Shown: positions 56,561 through 64,000 of the stretch, in pieces
Layout of the letters: each line of letters begins with the position of its first letter
Numbering within the stretch: the first letter of the stretch is position 1
Assembly (NCBI GenBank): GCA_017466525.1
Contig: JAFTTY010000035.1
Coordinates: 13,039 to 77,038, forward strand
Source: Alphaproteobacteria bacterium
Lineage (GTDB): Bacteria > Pseudomonadota > Alphaproteobacteria > Rs-D84
Direction of reading: 5' to 3'
Length of the DNA: 64,000 bases
Position numbers and translations under genes: made by a program
Notes under the pieces: model-generated
What the model saw: only the letters and a program-made list of their open reading frames with translations
Database searches by the model: none
What the model was told of the DNA's origin: nothing

Positions 56561-59500
56561 ATGTCTTTTCTGAAAAATACAGTTAGTTTAGTGGCGCTTT
56601 TTAGCGTAATTCCGGCTGCCCAGGCGGTCACGGCACGTGCCAGTGCGATACCTACGTCGAATGTCGTGGTGACGGCTGCGGGGCGTCGTATGCCGACAAT
56701 GACCGCGTATTTGGGTGCGGCTGGTTCTGGTTCTGGAAGTATATCTGGTTCTACATCATCTGGCTCTACGTCATCGTCTACACTGTTGGAAAATACAGAA
56801 TGTATTGATGCCTATACTGGTTGTATCAAGGGGGCAGAGGCATGCGGTCCAAACTTCGAAGAATGTACGACCAAGGTTTTATTCCATGGCAAAATGCCAC
56901 AATGTCTCAGCACGCTGGCCCAATGTTCGTCTGGCGGTGTCAGCAGCTTGTTTGGTACATCAGATGTTTCTGCGTTATCAACGGTTGCAACAACAAATAC
57001 CTATGGCGAAGTGACGGATTATGCATATCCAACCGACGGCAGTGTTTTGGGACAAATGATTACCGCTGCGGCGATTGAAAACAAGTATGATACGTCAACG
57101 TGCGTTCGTCGCTTTACATCATGCTTAAAGAAAGAAAGCGTCTGTGGCGAAGATTTTGAGTTGTGTACAACAAATACCGAATTCCGTAAACAACGTGTGT
57201 TTTGTGATTCTACACTTGCGCGTTGTCAGTCTGATGGTTTGATTGAATTGTTGGGATCTGCGAACATGACCGCAATGCCAACCGCAACCAGTCGTGTTGG
57301 CGAAATGATTAGCGAAGGTGCGGCCTTGGCTGCGATAAACGCGGTATCCACGTGTTACAAGGTTGCAGACCAGTGTATCTTGAATGCATGTTCTGCAAAT
57401 CCGTTCAAGTGTCACGAAAATGCAAGTCAGGCGGTCAGTGATTTGGCTGAAAGCATTTCAACGGGTGTTGCGCCTGCGACGGCGGCAGATATGACTGCTG
57501 TGTTGACCAAGTCTGCGATTTCTGGCTATATCAAGAATTCCTGTATGGATACGATTGGTTCGAATAAATATTGCTATGCAACATTTATCGGCGATGGTCA
57601 GATGCCAACATCATCGCAATTGCGTGACGAAGATAACAAAGAAGAAATTTATAGCCTGGCATACAGTTCGCGTATGAATTCTGGGATGAAGGCAAAAATT
57701 TCAGAAATGATTAACAAATTCGATACCAAGGCCAAGGAAAAGTGTGTAAACACAATCAAAACATGTGCAATGCGTGTTTGTGGTTCTGGGTCTGGTGCAT
57801 CTTGTTATGCTCAGGTATTTGGTGCAACAAACAAGACGATTAATAACGCCTATACCCACAATGAAATCAAGGTTGGGTGTGAAGCTGTTGTTAATTCTGA
57901 TGCGAATTGTCAATATGCGGCCCAGAATCCAAATTCTACGGGTACATATAACTATACATTTTCTGATGCGAACACATTCAGCACCTTGTTCCCTGTATAT
58001 GACGATGGTGCCGAAGGCGATCCAATTGGCGTAATTGCATCTTTGAATGCATCCTTGGCAACAAGTTATAGTGATGCCGCTATCGCCCAGATGAAAAAGC
58101 AATGTCAATCTGTTGCAACATCTTGTGTGCGTTCACTGTGCGGTACAGATTTTGTAAATTGCTATCGCAATCGTACGGACATCTATTCGTCATTGACCAA
58201 CACGGGCAGTACATCTTTCGATAAGTCTATGAACAAGGTCGGCGGTGTTCTGGATTATACAATTGTGTTGGGCTTGTGCGTTGACACTGTTAAAAACGCA
58301 TCTGTCTGTGAAGAACATTTGGCAATAGAGGCCAACAAGATTAAAATGTCTGATAAATCTGGCAGTTCGTCAAACTGGGGTACCGGTTCTGTACGTTCTG
58401 ACTGGGTTGATGCCGGTTCTGCATCAAAAATGGACGAAGTTCTGGAACAGGTTCAGGCTGTTGATGAAAATGGTAACGAACTGTGTTCGAACAAGGCCGG
58501 CGACCAGGGACCATGTTATACAGTTGACGCGTCTGGTGCGGTATATGACACACCGGTAAAGATTGGTTATGTCACATACGTTGAATCCCAGGCGGCAAGT
58601 TCATTGTTCAAAGACCTGATCTATGATTTGGAAATCGAGGCCCAGGCAAAATATAATGCCAAATTGACCAAGCAGCAGAATATGTGCTTGTCATCGAACA
58701 GTGGTGGTATTATTGGGGCCAAGGACACTGGTTCAACATATATGTGGGTTAAGTTGAAATCAACCAAGGTTCCAGCGAACTATTCTGTATCTGGTTTGAA
58801 AACATCGCAATTCGCGGCCAGTAACGAATTGTATGGTTCGTTCTGTCGTATCCGTGTGACATTGCATTCCGAAGACAAGGATATCCAAGAAGCGATCCAA
58901 AAGGGTGCAGATTGGTCAACGGCATACTTTGCAGCGGGTGATCCGTTCACATGTGGTTCATGGATTCCACAGGCAAAGTTAGAAGAAATTGCCGCAGCGG
59001 CGGGCGAACGTGCGCGCGAAGAAAAAGATCAAGAACAAGGTGATTGGAAGGGTTGGATAACTGCCTTGGGTACGATTGGTGGTGGTGTTGGTGGTGCATA
59101 CCTGGGCAAGGGCATCAGCGACGGTTCTATCATGGGCGGCTTAACCGGCAATACCAAGACAAACACCGCCAAGGATGACTTTGAAAAATTACAGAAAAAC
59201 TGTAAGTCGTATGCACGTGTCGTAAAATCGAATTTGACCCGAACTGGTTGGGCAACTGCGAAAGCTTACGCCGAAAAATTGCAAGGTATTTTGAGCGACA
59301 TGGGTATCACTGCTTATAGTACTCCTCAAGAATTGTCTGGTGTCGGCGCTTCGATTACTACTCCGAACTGCAAGGCCTCCAACGCCAAAGCTGATGCCGC
59401 CAACGACCAATATTGTTGTGTCGCAGGTAACTATGAAACTGTAACAGAATATGGTGGTTATTGTTATAACGATCAAGATGTAACAAAGTTTAAAACTCCT

Positions 59501-59821
59501 GTAGAGACTTGGATTAAACAAGTAGAACTTGCGTGTGAAGAAGCGACAGAAGAAGATTTTATGGAAAATAAAGGCGATGATTACAAAAAAGCACAAAAGA
59601 AAACTCGTACATCATCTGGTATCGGTGCGGCGGTTGGTGCGATTGCTGGTGGTATCTTGACATACAAGATTACAGACTCTATTGAAGATGCCGCCAAAGA
59701 CAAAGCAGAACGTCAGGCAATCGAAGAATTTATGGAAAACATCGGTTCCAAGATTCATTGCTTTATCGGTTCTGACGAAGTCGCAACCTATGGCGAAACA
59801 GTATCGACCAGTATGGAATAA
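56561..59821 (+). CDS. Large exported Cys-rich repeat protein with C-terminal glycine-zipper-like segments, 1086 aa, unknown function
   Basis: Signal peptide ...IPAAQA, a Ser/Gly-rich linker, at least five modules with fixed Cys spacing, and two Gly-rich hydrophobic segments near the C-terminus (GWITALGTIGGGVGGAYLG; GIGAAVGAIAGGILTY). Confidence 0.8.
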   Translation: MSFLKNTVSLVALFSVIPAAQAVTARASAIPTSNVVVTAAGRRMPTMTAYLGAAGSGSGSISGSTSSGSTSSSTLLENTECIDAYTGCIKGAEACGPNFEECTTKVLFHGKMPQCLSTLAQCSSGGVSSLFGTSDVSALSTVATTNTYGEVTDYAYPTDGSVLGQMITAAAIENKYDTSTCVRRFTSCLKKESVCGEDFELCTTNTEFRKQRVFCDSTLARCQSDGLIELLGSANMTAMPTATSRVGEMISEGAALAAINAVSTCYKVADQCILNACSANPFKCHENASQAVSDLAESISTGVAPATAADMTAVLTKSAISGYIKNSCMDTIGSNKYCYATFIGDGQMPTSSQLRDEDNKEEIYSLAYSSRMNSGMKAKISEMINKFDTKAKEKCVNTIKTCAMRVCGSGSGASCYAQVFGATNKTINNAYTHNEIKVGCEAVVNSDANCQYAAQNPNSTGTYNYTFSDANTFSTLFPVYDDGAEGDPIGVIASLNASLATSYSDAAIAQMKKQCQSVATSCVRSLCGTDFVNCYRNRTDIYSSLTNTGSTSFDKSMNKVGGVLDYTIVLGLCVDTVKNASVCEEHLAIEANKIKMSDKSGSSSNWGTGSVRSDWVDAGSASKMDEVLEQVQAVDENGNELCSNKAGDQGPCYTVDASGAVYDTPVKIGYVTYVESQAASSLFKDLIYDLEIEAQAKYNAKLTKQQNMCLSSNSGGIIGAKDTGSTYMWVKLKSTKVPANYSVSGLKTSQFAASNELYGSFCRIRVTLHSEDKDIQEAIQKGADWSTAYFAAGDPFTCGSWIPQAKLEEIAAAAGERAREEKDQEQGDWKGWITALGTIGGGVGGAYLGKGISDGSIMGGLTGNTKTNTAKDDFEKLQKNCKSYARVVKSNLTRTGWATAKAYAEKLQGILSDMGITAYSTPQELSGVGASITTPNCKASNAKADAANDQYCCVAGNYETVTEYGGYCYNDQDVTKFKTPVETWIKQVELACEEATEEDFMENKGDDYKKAQKKTRTSSGIGAAVGAIAGGILTYKITDSIEDAAKDKAERQAIEEFMENIGSKIHCFIGSDEVATYGETVSTSME

Positions 59822-59854
59822 TTCACACCGATGTTGAATTATCTAACAAAACAA

Positions 59855-59881
59855 AAAACGGGAACCCTTTCCCGTTTTTTT
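59855..59881 (+). terminator. Intrinsic terminator
   Basis: Hairpin CGGGAACCCTTTCCCG followed by T7. Confidence 0.85.
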
Positions 59882-59895
59882 GTTTGTTTTTGAAG

Positions 59896-59980
59896 TTCCC
59901 CTCCTGTGGAGGGGTGGTGCAAAGCACCGGGGAGGGTATTCCCCTCCTGTGGAGGGGTGTCCGCAGGACGGGGAGGGTTA
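59896..59980. repeat. Two tandem GC-rich palindromic units (family 2)
   Basis: Unit 1 is 59896-59938 and unit 2 is 59939-59980. Each is TT-CCCCTCC-TGT-GGAGGGG-T-(second hairpin)-GGGGAGGG. The second hairpin is GGTGC/GCACC in unit 1 and GTCC/GGAC in unit 2. Confidence 0.9.
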
Positions 59981-60080
59981 AAGTCCCCCCCTTACACACA
60001 CTTGTCATTGCCACAAAGCAACCACGCAGCGTTATGATGCAAATAGTGGGGATGTACATATCATGCATGCAGTAAAAAAT

Positions 60081-61040
60081 TTATACGTCTTCCAAGATTT
60101 CTTTTAATTCTGCCATATCTTCGGGCAGGCGCGATTTAAAACGCATCTGTTTTCCCGTCACAGGATGAACAAATTCCAACAATTCGGCATGCAACATTTG
60201 CCCATCGTGTTCTTTTAAAAAATCCAATAAATATTCATCTTTTACAGACCCCAGTCTGGTTGTGCCACGCCCATAAATCGGGTCGCATAAAACCGGAAAT
60301 CCATGTGCAGACAAATGAACGCGAATCTGATGTGTGCGCCCCGTAAATAAAGTACAGCGAAATTCAGATACACCCGCGCGTGGCCACGCATTTATAACCG
60401 CCACAGCCGTCTGTGCAGGTTTTCCCCCAGACTTTACCATTGTCATTTTTTGACGATTACGTGACGAACGCGCAATGTTTCCGGTTATGTCTGCTTCTTC
60501 CCAATTGGGGACGCCCCAAACAAAGGCAACATATTTACGTGTTAAATCATGTTCTGAAAATATTTTAACCAATCCACGATATGCCGCATCTGATTTTGCA
60601 AATACCATAACACCACTGGTGTCTTTGTCCAGACGATGTACAACGCCCGGTCGCGTATCGCCCCCCAGTGTCGACAAATGCGTATGCGCCAGTATGTTTT
60701 GAACCAGTGTTCCTGTCTTGTTCCCCGCAGATGGATACATAACAACACCACGTGGTTTATTAATTACAATTATGTCGTCGTCTTCGAATAAAATGTCTAA
60801 ATCGAAATCAGATGATATGTTTTCGGTCGCAATTTCTGTTTGTGGCGTTGGTATTTCAACAGTGAACACATCGCCGACCTTAATCTTTTCAGAAAATTTC
60901 ACCGCACCACCATTTGCACGTGTCACATTAAATTTTTGAATTTCACTGCGTGAAAATTCGGGCATCTGTCCCGATAAATATTTATCAACGCGTACAATAT
61001 CATCTGTATCAGATACAATAAATTCACGAACGGTTGTCAT
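60081..61040 (-). CDS. rluD: 23S rRNA pseudouridine synthase, RluA/RluD family
   Basis: N-terminal S4-like domain, HRLDKDTSG catalytic motif and C-terminal GRTHQIRVH. Confidence 0.92.
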   Translation of the reverse strand: MTTVREFIVSDTDDIVRVDKYLSGQMPEFSRSEIQKFNVTRANGGAVKFSEKIKVGDVFTVEIPTPQTEIATENISSDFDLDILFEDDDIIVINKPRGVVMYPSAGNKTGTLVQNILAHTHLSTLGGDTRPGVVHRLDKDTSGVMVFAKSDAAYRGLVKIFSEHDLTRKYVAFVWGVPNWEEADITGNIARSSRNRQKMTMVKSGGKPAQTAVAVINAWPRAGVSEFRCTLFTGRTHQIRVHLSAHGFPVLCDPIYGRGTTRLGSVKDEYLLDFLKEHDGQMLHAELLEFVHPVTGKQMRFKSRLPEDMAELKEILEDV

Positions 61041-61052
61041 TTTATATCTGTC

Positions 61053-61517
61053 CTATTTATATTCGTCCCAGTCTGGGCCAACTATACAATCAGACAAATC
61101 TATTGTCAATTCGCGCCCTTTATCAGATATTGGGCATGTCAGAATACCGGTTGTTGTTGCCTGGTCCGCATCACGCGTGGCATTACGATATGCGAATTTT
61201 ATTTCTGTCGGGGCGGCAACGCACGCGATATGTAAATCATTATCTGTTTTGCCATCCGGCCCAACCCAAACACGCACGCCATAGCCCAAACCATAACATG
61301 GGAAGCCATCCAGATAGTATAATACCAACCCACGTCCCACTAATTTTTTATCAGAAATAAATTTCCCGTTATATTCATTTAGTGTTAAACCTGTCACCGC
61401 TTCCCAGTCTGTACTGGTGGAAAAAATACTAACCCTTGGTTGTTGTGGTGGCGTTGTGGCGGCATTCGCGCCACATGTTAACAACAGACCGGCAAATATA
61501 GATGCAATTTTTTTCAT
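61053..61517 (-). CDS. Hypothetical exported protein, 154 aa
   Basis: Signal peptide MKKIASIFAGLLLTCGANA. Its start overlaps the stop of the upstream zinc-ribbon gene. Confidence 0.6.
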   Translation of the reverse strand: MKKIASIFAGLLLTCGANAATTPPQQPRVSIFSTSTDWEAVTGLTLNEYNGKFISDKKLVGRGLVLYYLDGFPCYGLGYGVRVWVGPDGKTDNDLHIACVAAPTEIKFAYRNATRDADQATTTGILTCPISDKGRELTIDLSDCIVGPDWDEYK

Positions 61518-62038
61518 TTCTTTTCCTGTGGGACTTGTAAATCTGCAAAATGTGCAGAAATCTTTTTTACGCCGGCAGGTTGCGCTGATAAAATATGACT
61601 AAAACTGACCGTTGCACCCGAATCCAGCAATGTTGCCGATGGCATAAATTTCTGTTGTGCCAGAACCCGTCCTTCGTCATCAGTTGAAACAATGATTAAA
61701 TCAGGCACGCCATAAATTTCATCAGACACATTTTGAATTTCGCCATTTACAACGACGTGCAACAATCCATTTTCGTCGGTTGTGGTTTCAACGCTTAAAA
61801 CATTTGCGATTAATGGACCACGATTAGCCTTTTTTGCCTGGTGGTGTGTGATAACCGCCACTGTAAATATAATCGCAGACAACAGTGCGCACAGCGCCGC
61901 AAAGAACATCAGCCATGCATTTTTACGTGGTTGTGTTGTGACAACCCATTCATGACCACATACGGCACACTTTACCGGCGTGTTTGGTATTCTGTCCAGG
62001 TTGTATTCAGTCTTACAAAAGTCACATTTTATTTTCAT
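61514..62038 (-). CDS. MJ0042-type zinc-ribbon membrane protein (DUF3426-like)
   Basis: CDFC...(16)...CAVCGHEW zinc ribbon, one TM helix, then a beta-rich C-terminal domain. Confidence 0.7.
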   Translation of the reverse strand: MKIKCDFCKTEYNLDRIPNTPVKCAVCGHEWVVTTQPRKNAWLMFFAALCALLSAIIFTVAVITHHQAKKANRGPLIANVLSVETTTDENGLLHVVVNGEIQNVSDEIYGVPDLIIVSTDDEGRVLAQQKFMPSATLLDSGATVSFSHILSAQPAGVKKISAHFADLQVPQEKK

Positions 62039-62058
62039 ATTTTTAGTTATACCATAAT

Positions 62059-63375
62059 TTATTCTAAATGCAAACTGTGATATTTTCCGCTGACACGTTT
62101 TTGTATTTCGTGTATTGCGTTCATATAGTCTGCCACAGTCGCGTTTTTATTTGTCGCAACCGCGCCAAATATTTGACCTGATTCGGTTCCGTTGCCTTTT
62201 TCATTTCGTGTGGCCAAAACAGCCATACGATTTAATTCGACAAAAGACGCGTCTGCAAAGTTCGCAGTATTTGATTGTGCGTCCCAATAATACGCCGGAT
62301 TTGTTGAATCTTCGATTCTGTTGTTAACAACCAGACGTGGCGTTATAGAACCTGTAAAACCAACGGTTACAAACATTGCTTCTATTCTGCCGGATGTCAT
62401 ATTCAACGATTGATTAATTTTCATAATGGCAAAGTCATCTGTTGCATCGATGTTTAACCCGCCCAGCGTTAAATCAGATACCCACATGTTTTCTGCGGTC
62501 AGTGATGAAAACTTTGCGACATCCCCCAATGTTAATCCGCCCGCGATTTCAATGTTTTTTGCATCTGATGACAACATTCCTGCAACCATTGTGTTTACGG
62601 ATTGATAGTTGCCGTCTATACTGGTTCTATTTTGAAAAATGACATTGTCAGAAACGATTTTATTAACAGTAGTATATTCGCTAATTTCTGTAAATTCTGC
62701 ATTTATAAATGTTGTATTTTTTATATCGTGTCCCCCCAGGTTTAATGCAGACATCATTTTTGCATCGTCTGGGTTTTGTGACGGTACGCGCCACAGATAC
62801 AGGGTTTCATCACGATTAACCTTGGTTGTTTCAATAATTGCATTGTCTACATCCAGGTCCAAATCAATTGCATCAGCATGCCATGTGCCGAATGTTCCAT
62901 ATGCAGTTGTTTCATCTATGAATCCCATTGAACCACTGGACAGGTTAACAATTTCACGTGTACGCAGTGGTGTTATGTCGTCCGATACACGTACCACAAT
63001 ACCTTGTAACGTAGATTGTCCAATACCATCACTAGATTTCAATATTCGTAATTGATATTTTTTATCGCCTTCATTTACGATGGTATCCGCCAAACCAAAT
63101 TCCGCCAAGTCAGCAATATCGACCCGCGTGATGTTGCGTCCAACTGTTTTTAATAATTCAGGTCTGTTTGCGACGATATATCTTTCCAGTGCCGTTTGTA
63201 TTTGCGACATCTGATTTGTTATAGCAATATTTTGTGCACGTATGGCGGCATTTTGTTGATTCTTGAATGCGAACGGAATTATAATCGCCGCCAATGCAAT
63301 ACTAAGCAGCAGTTCAACCAGCATACTGCCACGCGAATTGTTTTTATCTGCAAAAATACATCTGTTGTTTTTCAT
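62059..63375 (-). CDS. Pilin/pseudopilin-like protein with prepilin-type N-terminus and a large repeat-rich C-terminal domain
   Basis: N-terminus ...NNSRG|SMLVELLLSIALAAIIIPFAF: Gly, then Glu at +5, then a hydrophobic helix, the class III signal pattern. The remaining 400 aa are N/I/T-rich and look beta-helix-like. Confidence 0.65.
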   Translation of the reverse strand: MKNNRCIFADKNNSRGSMLVELLLSIALAAIIIPFAFKNQQNAAIRAQNIAITNQMSQIQTALERYIVANRPELLKTVGRNITRVDIADLAEFGLADTIVNEGDKKYQLRILKSSDGIGQSTLQGIVVRVSDDITPLRTREIVNLSSGSMGFIDETTAYGTFGTWHADAIDLDLDVDNAIIETTKVNRDETLYLWRVPSQNPDDAKMMSALNLGGHDIKNTTFINAEFTEISEYTTVNKIVSDNVIFQNRTSIDGNYQSVNTMVAGMLSSDAKNIEIAGGLTLGDVAKFSSLTAENMWVSDLTLGGLNIDATDDFAIMKINQSLNMTSGRIEAMFVTVGFTGSITPRLVVNNRIEDSTNPAYYWDAQSNTANFADASFVELNRMAVLATRNEKGNGTESGQIFGAVATNKNATVADYMNAIHEIQKRVSGKYHSLHLE

Positions 63376-64000
63376 TTATTGAATTACGTCTGTTGTTTTG
63401 TTTGTTGCCTGCCATCCGTCGCGCATCAGTGCGTCAAATTCGGTGTTCTTTGGTGGTTCTGGTCGTGTTGCGCGTGATACAGAAAAACTTGAAAAATGTG
63501 GTGGCTTGGTTGACGGGAAAACCCAGGAACCAATTTTTAACGGTGACGTTGTTGACATCAACAATTCGCCTGAAACGGTCAGACCAAAATTATCATAGAA
63601 CATCATTTCTTCGGCATAAATATATGGTGTATAAACAGAATTTGCAGTTATTCCTGTGAATCCGCTGATTGTACGCGTACTGTCTGATTTTAATGTCATA
63701 TTGTTTGCAACGTTTATTTTGTTTGTTATTGTTGCGCGGTCTGCGATTATACGTCCTGTGGTTGTATATCCGTTACCATTGATATTATCAGACGTTATGT
63801 TTTTAAAACCAGACATGTCAGCAGATACACGAATATTCCCAAGATTAATATTTGCGTTATCTATATTTGCGCCTGTGGAAAAATAGACATTGTTTGCAAC
63901 GATGTCAGTCGCGTCAACAAATGTAGAGTTTATATTCTTTATCTTTGCAGATTCTGCATTTAGATTTGCAACGTTGTAAACATGATGGTTTGCCATGTCT
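63376..64000 (-). CDS. N/I-rich repeat (beta-helix-like) protein, probably 5'-truncated by the window edge
   Basis: The frame is still open at nt 64000. Degenerate repeats (NINSTFVDATDIVANNVYF, NIDNANINLGNIRV, NITSDNINGNG). The stop abuts the start of the pilin-like gene. Confidence 0.55.
   Translation of the reverse strand, partial: DMANHHVYNVANLNAESAKIKNINSTFVDATDIVANNVYFSTGANIDNANINLGNIRVSADMSGFKNITSDNINGNGYTTTGRIIADRATITNKINVANNMTLKSDSTRTISGFTGITANSVYTPYIYAEEMMFYDNFGLTVSGELLMSTTSPLKIGSWVFPSTKPPHFSSFSVSRATRPEPPKNTEFDALMRDGWQATNKTTDVIQ

Noticed and set aside
59896-59980. Possible CRISPR array or other spaced-repeat locus.
   Set aside because: There are only two directly abutting units with no spacers, and no cas genes anywhere in the window. 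No other regularly spaced repeats were seen.

Overview
This is a 64-kb, gene-dense chromosomal segment from a Gram-negative bacterium. It holds about 60 intact protein genes and 2 tRNA genes (Val-GAC, Thr-CGU). I found no rRNA, CRISPR array, transposase or integrase. Most genes are housekeeping: metG 3' end, queH, fabD-fabG, mnmG, fabZ-lpxD, nusA-infB, a MacB-like ABC pair, der, pnp, ybaB, accBC, rnpA-yidD, mreB, sspB, recF, gpsA, rsmG, parAB, pal, udg, infC, typA, serS, trxB, xth, an acyl-CoA ligase, xseB, mutS, truB-rpsO, rlmN, surA-like/lptD/lptG and rluD. An alpha-type SspB, an MJ0042/DUF3426-type zinc-ribbon protein, a VirD4 coupling protein and the fragmentation of classical operons suggest a streamlined, rearranged alphaproteobacterial genome, possibly host-associated; this is inference. 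Non-housekeeping material sits in small pockets, and these are the candidates for new biology. (1) A tRNA-Val/tRNA-Thr locus carries a duplicated tRNA 3' end, a structured RNA, a small Xre-type regulator and an orphan VirD4. (2) Two tandem paralogs lie between pnp and ybaB. (3) Two tandem secreted HExxH paralogs, flanked by 39-bp direct repeats, split rsmG from parAB. (4) An orphan radical-SAM gene. (5) Two unknown genes lie between typA and serS. (6) A 1086-aa Cys-rich exported protein with repeated Cys-spacing modules. (7) A pilin-like/beta-helix-like gene cluster runs off the right edge. At the DNA level, one 14-nt palindromic core (CCGGCAWWTGCCGG) forms ten intergenic terminator-like hairpins and also occurs in frame inside rsmG. 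Two families of GC-rich palindromic elements are also present. The infB P-loop carries an unusual Gly-to-Cys codon. All functional calls rest on motif and family recognition by eye; no database search was run.
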